The notes: a model not told the origin generated them from the letters alone. 42,515 nt of DNA from Bacilli bacterium (GCA_024408435.1 JAKSVA010000003.1:1-42515), one strand, 5' to 3'. Shown: positions 33,932 to 42,515, numbered from the stretch's first letter. Numbers and translations are program-made.

Positions 33932-35419
33932 ATGATTTCAAAAAGTTCATTTGTTAGATACATCCATTGCTCAAAAGATTTGTGGTTATTTTTCAACAAA
34001 AGAGAGCATATGGCGCCTTTAGATGCTATTCAAGAACAAAATATCAAGAATGGTAATATCGTTGGCCAGTTAGCGCGAAAATACTTTCCTAATACAGTTA
34101 ATGCGCAGGTAACTGATGCTAAAGGTGTTCCTATCTACGATAAGCAAATAGAATTAACTAAGAAGTATATAGATAGTGGTGCTGATTGCATCGCTGAAGC
34201 CTCTTTTAATTATAATGATCTATTTTGTGCAGTTGATCTCTTAAAAAGAGATGGAGACGGCTATTCTATATATGAAGTTAAATCTAATAAAGAAGTTGAA
34301 GATAAACATTATTATGATGTGGCCTTCCAAAAATATGTACTAGAGAAATGTGGCTTTAAAATAAATCATATTTATTTAATGCACGTTAACTTTGAATATA
34401 TCAAACATGGCGAATTAGATTTAAACCAATATTTTAATCCTGAATGTTTGGATTATCATCCAACTGTTTTAGCAACTTATAAAGAGATCGATACCTATTT
34501 ATCTAATATAAATAAGATACTTAATTCCAAAGATGAACCGCCTACTATATTCGAAAATGGTAAATGTAATAAAAAGGATTGCCCGTTTTATGGTTATTGC
34601 CATAAAGACATCCCCGATAAATCGATCTTATTATTAAATGGACGTGGTCTAAGAGGTAAAGAAGAGCTATTAACTAAAGGGATTATTACTATTGATGATT
34701 TTGTCGCTAGTGGCTTACCAATCAAGACTAATTTGAACAGAGTTCAGATTGATTGCTTTCGTAATAATAAGAATATCTCTATAGATAAAGAAGGGTTAAG
34801 TAAATTCTTAAATTCTTTAAAATATCCTATTTACCATCTAGATTTTGAAACCACCAATTATATTGTTCCTCAACTTGATGGTATGAGACCTCACGAGGAG
34901 TTCCCGTTTCAATATTCGCTTCATATCGAAGATAAGCCAGGACATTTATTAGATCATAAAGAATTCCTAGCAGATAAACTCGATTGTATTAAGGATATAG
35001 CTAAAAGCTTATATGACAATATACCTGATGGATCAACTGTTCTAGCTTATTATGCCTATGTTGAGCAGAAATTTATTGAATACCTAGCATCTAAATGTCC
35101 AGAATATAGTCAAAGACTATTAAGTTATAAAGTAGTAGATCTATATAGACCTTTTGCGGATGGATACTATTATAATGTTTCACAACGTGAAAGTTGCTCT
35201 ATTAAACAAGTAATGCCAGCGATTGTTCCAGAGCACGCTAAAGCATACCAAGAACTTCCTGGGGTACATAATGGGGCGGAAGCATTAAGTATATTTGATG
35301 TAATGCTTAAACAAGAAGGCAATCAAAGAGCGACTACAAGAGAAGGTATGCTCAAATATTGCGAACTAGACACCCTATCTATGGTTTGGATATTAAATAA
35401 ACTATGGACGCTTATTTAA
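33932..35419 (+). CDS. DUF2779 protein: Cas4/AddB-like PD-(D/E)XK nuclease plus RNase H-like domain
   Basis: ISKS...C; VDLL...EVKS...DVAFQ; C..4..CPFYGYC; LDFET, PFQYS, YCELDTL. Confidence 0.85.
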   Translation: MISKSSFVRYIHCSKDLWLFFNKREHMAPLDAIQEQNIKNGNIVGQLARKYFPNTVNAQVTDAKGVPIYDKQIELTKKYIDSGADCIAEASFNYNDLFCAVDLLKRDGDGYSIYEVKSNKEVEDKHYYDVAFQKYVLEKCGFKINHIYLMHVNFEYIKHGELDLNQYFNPECLDYHPTVLATYKEIDTYLSNINKILNSKDEPPTIFENGKCNKKDCPFYGYCHKDIPDKSILLLNGRGLRGKEELLTKGIITIDDFVASGLPIKTNLNRVQIDCFRNNKNISIDKEGLSKFLNSLKYPIYHLDFETTNYIVPQLDGMRPHEEFPFQYSLHIEDKPGHLLDHKEFLADKLDCIKDIAKSLYDNIPDGSTVLAYYAYVEQKFIEYLASKCPEYSQRLLSYKVVDLYRPFADGYYYNVSQRESCSIKQVMPAIVPEHAKAYQELPGVHNGAEALSIFDVMLKQEGNQRATTREGMLKYCELDTLSMVWILNKLWTLI

Positions 35420-36922
35420 TTTCTTTAGAAATTTTGCAGTGTAGTATTCTCTTAGATCAAGCGAAAGTCTTTTAAGCAAAGATTCAACATCATCTAATAA
35501 ATAAGTACTATAGTTTAGACCTTTAAACCCTTTGTTTTTTCTAAATTCATAGAAAATTTTATAAACTTGTTTATAAGAGCAAATTTTATATTTCTCTTTA
35601 AATTCTAAATCCCTAATTTTGCCGTTATTTTGTTTAAATTCATCATAAATATTATTTTGTTCTGCTATGATTTCATCCTTTCTATATTCAGGGACTAACA
35701 CTATATAAAAATGTTTCTTGCCGCGTTTAACGGTGTTAGCCCATGTTTGATATCTGGCTAATTGAGGTCCCTTATGTTGTTTTTTGTTTTTGTTCTGTGA
35801 ATCATCGACAAAATTACTGTCAATTTTATTTTCAATAATTATGGAACAATTTTTATTTTCTGCATATATATCTATGCGCCCATAATCATCTGCTTTATAT
35901 TCATCTAATTTAATTTCGTCCAATAGATTAATTTTACGAACGAGTTCGTTTGTTACATCCAACCCTTCCTTTATATTAGTATTAATTAAAGGATCAGAAC
36001 GTAAATTAATTTTAATATTCTTATCTTTATACAATGAATTAATAAAATATTCTAAAAATTCACCTTTGTTATTAGCAAAAAGTTTTGAAAGAATTTTTGT
36101 ATAACACTCTTCAGATTTATAGTTATCAATTAAGTCTATAAATTTATTTAGAGAGACAGCTTTCATAGCTTCTTCATCTTTTTCTGACTGACTTAATGTT
36201 TTAATTTTATTTGTATAATTTTCCCATTTTTTTGTGATAATTGACAAATTATCATTCAGAAGATTAAATGCCTTTAAATAAGCTCTTTTGCGTGATTTAT
36301 CGTTTGTTTTTTCTGGAATAAAACTATAGTTTCTTTGGAAAATATATGATTTTTCCTCTTTAGTCATATTTTCTGGACAAGTTTTCAAAGGAATGAATAT
36401 AGGATTGTTACACATCGGGTTATATTTATATATCCTTTTGACCTTGTAAGTTACTGGAAAGACTAGAAGTGAGTCATTAAATAAATCTTCAATAGGTACA
36501 TTCCCATATTTAATACCAGTTTGTTCATATTTCTTATCAGAATCATAATCTGGGTTCAATCTATGTGCTATTTCATTAATGCCGTTTTTGATATTACACG
36601 TAATATTATTGATTTCCTTTCCTTTGCTTTGCTTCTTTCCTCTTGAATAATCATGAAGAGGTCTCGCACCATCAATTTCTATGCAATATTGAATAAGATA
36701 ACCACGCGATGTTTTACTCGCAAGGAAAACATAAGGGACTTGGTACTCTTTGTCTTTATCGCCAACGACTTTACACCCATATGGTGTGTTATAAAGGAAT
36801 ATATCACCATTATCAGCCCTAAAAAAATTAATGATTTCATGTGGGATATTGTCTTCGTTTTCAAGCCAACCACCAATAAAAGCTTTGTTAAGAACAAAAC
36901 ATTTAACAATCTCTTTTTCCAT
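35402..36922 (-). CDS. PD-(D/E)XK nuclease family protein with a large N-terminal domain
   Basis: GRIDIY...IIIENKIDS...QLARY; SD AAGGAG. Confidence 0.85.
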   Translation of the reverse strand: MEKEIVKCFVLNKAFIGGWLENEDNIPHEIINFFRADNGDIFLYNTPYGCKVVGDKDKEYQVPYVFLASKTSRGYLIQYCIEIDGARPLHDYSRGKKQSKGKEINNITCNIKNGINEIAHRLNPDYDSDKKYEQTGIKYGNVPIEDLFNDSLLVFPVTYKVKRIYKYNPMCNNPIFIPLKTCPENMTKEEKSYIFQRNYSFIPEKTNDKSRKRAYLKAFNLLNDNLSIITKKWENYTNKIKTLSQSEKDEEAMKAVSLNKFIDLIDNYKSEECYTKILSKLFANNKGEFLEYFINSLYKDKNIKINLRSDPLINTNIKEGLDVTNELVRKINLLDEIKLDEYKADDYGRIDIYAENKNCSIIIENKIDSNFVDDSQNKNKKQHKGPQLARYQTWANTVKRGKKHFYIVLVPEYRKDEIIAEQNNIYDEFKQNNGKIRDLEFKEKYKICSYKQVYKIFYEFRKNKGFKGLNYSTYLLDDVESLLKRLSLDLREYYTAKFLKKLNKRP

Positions 36923-36954
36923 AATTATCTCCTTCTTATTTTATCAAAAAAAAC

Positions 36955-37617
36955 TCAATTCAAGTATGATTCAAAAAAGAAATGAATTTGTGATTTATAT
37001 CTATTAATCACACTATTAATAATCCACTTCCCATTTTTCTTACGACCTAAGATTAATTCTGGATATTGAAGTAATTCAACGTCCTTATCTACTTTTTTGT
37101 TGTATACGTTATATATAACATTAGCGGTATAGTTATAAGAATGAATTAAACATAGTTTAAACGACTCGAATAGACAATTAGAACGGATCTTTTCCTTATT
37201 GTGATGGATTCCTAAGTGTTCATATGTTCTAACGCATTCATCGACCATATCCATTTTACTTAAAGCAGCATCATTGCACATAGAATCAATAGTTAGTACA
37301 TCTACATAGAAAGGTTCCACAAAGGATGTATCCTTTAAATTAGTTAAATTCATATAATGATCTAATAGATTTATCCAATTCTTTATGTATTTAGATGCCT
37401 CTTCTAATTTTAAGAGGGCATTCTTTTCATTTATGTTCTCTAGAACATTTAACGTGATCCAACTCTTATATACTAAATATTTATAGGAAATAACTGATTC
37501 AAAGAAAAAGATGTTGAATAATTCATTCTTAACTCCTTTTCTATTTAGTTTACATAGATAGTCCCTATAAGACACTACATCGGAATGTGATAAAAATGGA
37601 AATTTGGTGTTTTTCAT
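36955..37617 (-). CDS. Hypothetical helical protein (orphan B)
   Basis: 220-aa ORF with SD AAGGAG; distant similarity to 31909..32499. Confidence 0.75.
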   Translation of the reverse strand: MKNTKFPFLSHSDVVSYRDYLCKLNRKGVKNELFNIFFFESVISYKYLVYKSWITLNVLENINEKNALLKLEEASKYIKNWINLLDHYMNLTNLKDTSFVEPFYVDVLTIDSMCNDAALSKMDMVDECVRTYEHLGIHHNKEKIRSNCLFESFKLCLIHSYNYTANVIYNVYNKKVDKDVELLQYPELILGRKKNGKWIINSVINRYKSQIHFFFESYLN

Positions 37618-37738
37618 ATTTTCTCCTTTATATTTGTTAAATATATTAGAAGGTTAAAGTACCAAAAAAAGGACTTAGGTAATTTCTGGTTAGACTTATC
37701 TATCTTTAATTTTGTATAGTATATACAGGATTTTTTAA

Positions 37739-38458
37739 ATGAACTATAAACAAACACCTATTTCTTTGTCGTCGTTTGATGACTTAGCGACTAAGTACAA
37801 ACCTTTAGTCATATCAATTGTAAAAAACTACAATTGTAAAAATTATTCGTTTAACGATTTAATAGCCTTCGGTCTTGAAGGGTTGTACGAAGCTTCTCTT
37901 AGTTATAATCCAGAACTAGGTAAATTGTCTTCCTACGCTTATCCTTTTATTGAGAACGCAATAAAAAGGGAGATAAATTCAATCCGTAATACAACATATA
38001 TATCAGGTAACGCTTTAGTTGATATAAATAAACTCAAAACCATAGAGAATAACTTAAGAAATAAGTTAGAGCGTAATCCAAGCATTGAAGAAATAGCAGA
38101 AGCGTTTGGGACAAGGGATATTTCTTATATAACTATGCTATACAATAATTCTAGAGAATCATTGTCGTTATCGGATCAAAGAGATGATGGAATGTTTTTA
38201 GAAGATACAATTGGTGGCGATGATTCACCGGTTAAAAATTGCTATAATGAGGAAGATAAAGAAAACATTGAGAGTATGTGCAACATATTGGATGATAATG
38301 AATATTTGATCGTTTCAATGAAATTGGGGATTAATGGATACTTACAATCTATTTCCGACAAAGATATTGCTGGTGAAGTAAACATGACTATCAATGTGAT
38401 GAATAAAATATATAGCGAAGCAATAAAGAAACTAAGGAGAAAGTATGGTAAAGATTGA
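37739..38458 (+). CDS. Sigma-70 family factor (regions 2, 3 and 4; divergent)
   Basis: LVISIVKNY..DLIAFGLEGL..A..YNPELG.KLSSYA; LERNPSIEEIAE; SLS...LEDTI; AIKKLR. Confidence 0.85.
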   Translation: MNYKQTPISLSSFDDLATKYKPLVISIVKNYNCKNYSFNDLIAFGLEGLYEASLSYNPELGKLSSYAYPFIENAIKREINSIRNTTYISGNALVDINKLKTIENNLRNKLERNPSIEEIAEAFGTRDISYITMLYNNSRESLSLSDQRDDGMFLEDTIGGDDSPVKNCYNEEDKENIESMCNILDDNEYLIVSMKLGINGYLQSISDKDIAGEVNMTINVMNKIYSEAIKKLRRKYGKD

Positions 38459-39182
38459 AGAATACTTATCTAAGTATAAAGAAAAAACTCCTACTTGGTT
38501 AGATAAGTATAATCCTGGTAACAAAATAGATTTTAATCAAATGATTAGAAGCAAAGGGTTGTATTATCCAGGAGCTGGTTTTGATGGCACTCCAATTAAA
38601 ATATTAAATACTGCTGGTTATTGTCATTTTTACATATATGTAGACAATGGTGTAGATTTAGAAGATCTTAAAAAAGAACTAAGCAAAAAAGAAGCTTTTA
38701 AAGGTTATAAATTATTGGACAAAATTAACATCACAAAAGAATTTAATTTTAATACTAAATTAAAAGCAGAATTTGCCCTTTTAGCAATATACGAAAAGTT
38801 AGCGGGCAATAATATTCAAGGCGAAAAACGTTTTTCTCTTTTATACATAAAAGATGATGGCTGGAATGTATATAGACATTTATATAGTGATGACTACAGT
38901 CCTTCAATCATTTTAGCCGAGAATTATATGGGTGTAGATGCACAATTCGGAAAAGGAAGCCCGTTAGAAAAATTGGTATTAACTCATTCTGCTCATATTC
39001 CATTTTTAATTACCAACGGAGATCCATGGACTGACTATAAAAAAGTCGCTGTTCAAGGTTTTACCTATGGTGATGGAGGAATAAAAAGATTCCTTTTTAA
39101 GTGGTCAATAGAGGATGTCGAAAAGTTTGCTAAAGAAGTTTATAAAAAGCATAAAAAACTAATGGATGCTTTAGCAGATTAA
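38445..39182 (+). CDS. Hypothetical protein, possible Rossmann/SAM-binding fold
   Basis: LYYPGAGFD...FYIYVD resembles class I MTase motifs I/II; overlaps the sigma gene. Confidence 0.55.
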   Translation: MVKIEEYLSKYKEKTPTWLDKYNPGNKIDFNQMIRSKGLYYPGAGFDGTPIKILNTAGYCHFYIYVDNGVDLEDLKKELSKKEAFKGYKLLDKINITKEFNFNTKLKAEFALLAIYEKLAGNNIQGEKRFSLLYIKDDGWNVYRHLYSDDYSPSIILAENYMGVDAQFGKGSPLEKLVLTHSAHIPFLITNGDPWTDYKKVAVQGFTYGDGGIKRFLFKWSIEDVEKFAKEVYKKHKKLMDALAD

Positions 39183-39184
39183 TT

Positions 39185-39730
39185 CTATTTATAATCTTTA
39201 GATGCGTATGAAATTAATATTTCATCGCAATGTTTAATCCTATCTAATTCACCGCACCCAAGAATATATCTTAAAACACCTATTATTCCTGAATAATACC
39301 CCTCATAGAAACTTTTATTTCTATTCTTAACAACAAAATCAGTGCCGCTTCTCTCAGCACGTTCTTTATTATCTTTATTCAGAGAATCAGGGCTGATTCG
39401 CCCTAGATTTAATTGAGTCGCCTTCTCTTTTGCGAAATCTATTAAACCGTTAATTTCATTAAATCTAGTAATGGTAAAATAGCCCAGACTATCTTCCCAA
39501 TCTTTATCCTGAGGAATTCCCGAAGTAAAATTCATCTCAACGGTATATTTGCCGTTATGAATGTAATTATCGTGAGGGAGATATATGTAATAATCGTGTA
39601 ATGTCGGTTTATTATTCTTGAGTATCTTATCGTATCCTGTAATGTATTCTGGAAATCGGCCGCTGTTTTTATATTTAACAAGTAATTCCCTAAATTCTTC
39701 TTTTGTATAAACCTTCTTTAAATCTAACAT
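39185..39730 (-). CDS. Hypothetical protein
   Basis: 181-aa ORF; SD AAGGAG; TGcTATTAT extended -10 upstream. Confidence 0.7.
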   Translation of the reverse strand: MLDLKKVYTKEEFRELLVKYKNSGRFPEYITGYDKILKNNKPTLHDYYIYLPHDNYIHNGKYTVEMNFTSGIPQDKDWEDSLGYFTITRFNEINGLIDFAKEKATQLNLGRISPDSLNKDNKERAERSGTDFVVKNRNKSFYEGYYSGIIGVLRYILGCGELDRIKHCDEILISYASKDYK

Positions 39731-39896
39731 AAATCACTCCTTATTATCTACGATAATAATAGCAAAAAGTATGTACTAAAAATGTCACTAATCAGCTAGT
39801 CAATAAACAGAAAGTTTCGTTTTTAGGACATTCTAAATTCACACTTTGATTTTTAACTTATTAAAAATGTATTATATGCCCAAAGGAGGGCGAATA

Positions 39897-40091
39897 ATGC
39901 AACGTACACCATTAAAAGATAATCACTATAACATTATTGGTTATATTGACACTGAATCTAATGGCAATAAGACATTAAGAGATAAGCATTATAATATCCT
40001 TGGATATTACAAAGCATCTTCTAATATCACGCAAGACAGCCATTACAATACCGTAGGGCATGGCGATATCTTAACTACACTATTAAAGTAG
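39897..40091 (+). CDS. Small protein (64 aa) with three D-x-HYN-x-x-G repeats
   Basis: LKDNHYNIIGY / LRDKHYNILGY / TQDSHYNTVGH; SD AAGGAGG; promoter TTGATT-18-TATTAT (39846-39875). Confidence 0.85.
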   Translation: MQRTPLKDNHYNIIGYIDTESNGNKTLRDKHYNILGYYKASSNITQDSHYNTVGHGDILTTLLK

Positions 40092-40098
40092 TGATTTG

Positions 40099-40128
40099 AA
40101 AGGGTTTAGATTGGTCTAAGCCCTTTTT
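40099..40128. terminator. Intrinsic terminator between convergent genes
   Basis: AAAGGGTTTAGA-TTGG-TCTAAGCCCTTTTT. Confidence 0.8.
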
Positions 40129-40134
40129 AATTTA

Positions 40135-41088
40135 TCAAAACACTTTCACTAATATAGGTTTGTCTTCCATAGTATTAGCTTTGGAATACCATAATTCAAT
40201 TTTGGTTTTATTAATAATCGATTTAATAAAAGGACTACTTATAACATGTTTAATTTGGCGTTCCAAATTTTTGTAATAACAATTATATTGTTGCTCTGCA
40301 GATTCTGGATAATAATATAAATAAATCAATTTGGCTGGCTTAGATGATTGTCTTGCATTAATTCCTAAAAGATGACAAACAAATTGCTTGACATCAAAAA
40401 ATATAAACTCTTCACCATCGAGGTTAAAAATATTGGGTGGCATTTCAATGCATCTGCAATCTTCTAATCTACAACAAGGCTTTTTATTTTTATAAGGTTT
40501 AGTAATATCCCAATTGTGTTTTTTGCAGAAAGAAAGCCAATTTTTTCTTCTTGTCATATATTCAAACTCAAGTGGTTTAAATTTTTTGGGAAATACATAT
40601 TTATAATCAGGCTTCCACTCTAGTGAATGGTTGTCAAAAATTTCATGACATTTAGCCTCAAAATAAATCATAAAATTTTCGCTTTCACAAAATGCATCAT
40701 AATTGGGTTTGCTAGGTGTTATCCCTTTTTTAAATGTTATTTTCTCATTAACGCGCTCAAATTCTATTTCACCATTATGGGTTGAACTATTTGTAAAAAA
40801 ACGTATGTTGTTTTTGTCTTTAAAAAGAAGATAAATAAATCGCGAAGACGAAGCTACCGATGCCATTTTAGGTGGAATTATATATTTACCATGTTTATGC
40901 TCATCAAGCTCCCCTCCTCCATACTTAACACGGACGTTAGCTTTAAATTTCCCCCAACAACTATTGCTGAAATAGTTTAGATAAATTTTGTTTTTAATTC
41001 TATATCCAAAATTACTTTTAGAATACTTCTTTCCTTTAATTAATTGATTCTTTATTAATTGATCAAATGATTCTTTAATTTCTTTCAT
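40135..41088 (-). CDS. Restriction-endonuclease-like protein (PGN_0703-like); probable start ATG 41088
   Basis: GGELD...PPKMASVASSS, FE, PNYDA...FEAKCHE, KQFVCHLLGI. Confidence 0.7.
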   Translation of the reverse strand: MKEIKESFDQLIKNQLIKGKKYSKSNFGYRIKNKIYLNYFSNSCWGKFKANVRVKYGGGELDEHKHGKYIIPPKMASVASSSRFIYLLFKDKNNIRFFTNSSTHNGEIEFERVNEKITFKKGITPSKPNYDAFCESENFMIYFEAKCHEIFDNHSLEWKPDYKYVFPKKFKPLEFEYMTRRKNWLSFCKKHNWDITKPYKNKKPCCRLEDCRCIEMPPNIFNLDGEEFIFFDVKQFVCHLLGINARQSSKPAKLIYLYYYPESAEQQYNCYYKNLERQIKHVISSPFIKSIINKTKIELWYSKANTMEDKPILVKVF

Positions 41089-41169
41089 TTGTTTAATTAT
41101 ACACCAGACATATGTTCCAAATATAACCCATATGGTCACCTATGACACCTTTCGTTCTTGTGGAGTTTA

Positions 41170-41430
41170 CTATCTATTTTCAATTGTTTTTAAAACTTTT
41201 TCTACTCTCCCAATAAGCTTTATTTGAAAGTCGCTCATTTCTTTAACTCTTTTATTGACATCGTAAAGTGTAAATGAGAATTGTTCAAAGTTTTTATTGT
41301 TATAAGTGTCTAATCCAAGTCGCACTAATAGTAAAGCGACTTTAGACCAATCTTTAATCTTCTCTTTTTCTTTTACTCTGTTAATCCTTACTAGTAACTC
41401 TTTATCAAGCGTAAATTTAATTTTAGGCAT
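41170..41430 (-). CDS. Ribbon-helix-helix-like protein with coiled-coil tail
   Basis: MPKIKFTLDKELL...WSKVALLLVRLGL pattern; SD GGAGG. Confidence 0.6.
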   Translation of the reverse strand: MPKIKFTLDKELLVRINRVKEKEKIKDWSKVALLLVRLGLDTYNNKNFEQFSFTLYDVNKRVKEMSDFQIKLIGRVEKVLKTIENR

Positions 41431-41482
41431 ATTTTGACCCTCCCTTCTGAAAATAGATATATTTGAAGCAGGTTAATGTTAT

Positions 41483-41528
41483 AGGTCCTAAACCGCACTT
41501 TTTAGGACCTAAACTACTTTTTGCTAGG
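41483..41528. repeat. Inverted plus direct repeat upstream of the RHH-like gene
   Basis: AGGTCCTAAA-N8-TTTAGGACCT perfect IR; direct copies AGGTCCTAAACCGCACTTTTT / AGGACCTAAACTACTTTTT. Confidence 0.75.
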
Positions 41529-41537
41529 ATCATAAAT

Positions 41538-42515
41538 TGACCCTGATTATCAAAATTGGAAACCAATTTCATTTGTGACTATCCTCCCACTTCTTGCGGT
41601 AGCCAACTGGACTATCCTTTAGTTTAGTTTTTATTCGTATGTTGTTATATTCGTAGATGTAATTTTCTACCTCCTTCTTAAAAGATTCATAATTTAGAAA
41701 TTTCATTTCACGACCATAGAAGATATCGTTCTTCATAACACCAAAGAAATTCTCCATGATGGCGTTCTCGTAACAATTACCTTTGCTACTCATACTTTGT
41801 TTCGCGTGAGAGGCTTTTAGAGCGCTTATATAACTATCGTGCTTATATTGCCAGCCTTGATCAGAATGAATTACTATGCCTTTTAAATTACCGTTTCTTT
41901 TAGCGATTAAGTTACTAAGTAAGGATAACGTAGTATCTAGTGATGGTGTTTTAGATATTTCATAACAAATAATCTCGCTATTAAACATATCTAAGTAACA
42001 TTGGAAATATACTTTGCCCCAAGGGAACGAGAACTCCGTTACATCAGTAGTTAGCTTTTTCATAGGTTCTAAGGCCTTAAAGTTTCGCTTAACTAGATTA
42101 GGCGCAAGCTTACTATATTGAGCTTTATAAGACTTATATGTCTTCTTTCGCCTTATTGGTTTAAGATTATTCTTTCTCATTAGGCGATTAATCTTGTTCT
42201 TACTCATCACCACACCGGTTTCTTTTTCGATTGCTATCTTTAGTCTTCTAGCGCCATATCGACCATGACTCTTCATAAATTCGTTTTTAATTAATTCATA
42301 GTCTTCATTATCAGCGCGTTCCTTTTGGCTTTGTTTTAAATGGTAGTGATAAGTGTTTTTAGGAATGCCAGTTACTTTAAATAACATCGTTAATGGATAA
42401 GTATCCTTAAGTTCTTTGATATGTCCTACTTTAGTAGCGGTGCTTAATTCAATGGGAAGATTATGTTCCTTACATAGATTTTTATAATAATTAATTTCGG
42501 CATCTTTAAGTGCAA
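41538..42515 (-). mobile_element. IS3 family (IS150-like) insertion sequence; other end outside the window
   Basis: DDE transposase; candidate terminal IR TGACCCTGATTATCAAAATTGGA starting at 41538. Confidence 0.85.
41569..42515 (-). CDS. IS3 family transposase, 5'-truncated by the window edge
   Basis: YGARR, LTTDVTEF, IHSDQGWQY, SMSSKGNCYENAIMENFF; frame stays open 42 codons upstream of ATG 42387. Confidence 0.95.
   Translation of the reverse strand, partial: ALKDAEINYYKNLCKEHNLPIELSTATKVGHIKELKDTYPLTMLFKVTGIPKNTYHYHLKQSQKERADNEDYELIKNEFMKSHGRYGARRLKIAIEKETGVVMSKNKINRLMRKNNLKPIRRKKTYKSYKAQYSKLAPNLVKRNFKALEPMKKLTTDVTEFSFPWGKVYFQCYLDMFNSEIICYEISKTPSLDTTLSLLSNLIAKRNGNLKGIVIHSDQGWQYKHDSYISALKASHAKQSMSSKGNCYENAIMENFFGVMKNDIFYGREMKFLNYESFKKEVENYIYEYNNIRIKTKLKDSPVGYRKKWEDSHK

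Noticed and set aside
36653-36985. ORFs 36653..36985 (+) and 36679..36909 (-)
   Set aside because: Overlap the PD-(D/E)XK gene in other frames and have no motifs
28281-41430. Integron cassette array or CRISPR array
   Set aside because: Genes are in mixed orientation, with no attC-like sites, no integrase and no regularly spaced direct repeats

Overview
AT-rich bacterial chromosome segment (standard code: TGA is used as stop, TGG as Trp). Gene content and compact spacing suggest a small-genome, probably host-associated member of the Bacillota/Bacilli; this is inference. Positions 1-28.2 kb are mostly core genes (hup, der, cmk, ferredoxin, rplM-rpsI, smpB, galE, gatCAB, pcrA-ligA). Accessory genes are interleaved: an NRPS (A-T-C, running off the left edge and absent from the ORF track), a 952-aa lipoprotein whose transglutaminase-like domain has its catalytic Cys and Asp positions apparently exchanged, a MATE pump, a GH29 fucosidase, a GT4-Wzx fusion, and an amino-acid ABC transporter with circularly permuted tandem binding domains. 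From about 28.3 kb to the end lies a defence-type island. It holds a BglII/BstYI-like REase with a divergent Sau3AI-like C5 MTase whose -35 box contains GATC, a GIY-YIG nuclease, a soluble FtsH-like AAA+/M41 protease, a Cas4-like/DUF2779 nuclease, two more PD-(D/E)XK-like nucleases, a divergent sigma-70 factor, two distantly paralogous orphan helical proteins heading convergent arms, an RHH-like gene with an operator-like repeat, and an IS3-family element. A GTNC-N8/10-GNAC T-tract motif recurs in the island's intergenic gaps. No rRNA, tRNA or CRISPR array was seen.
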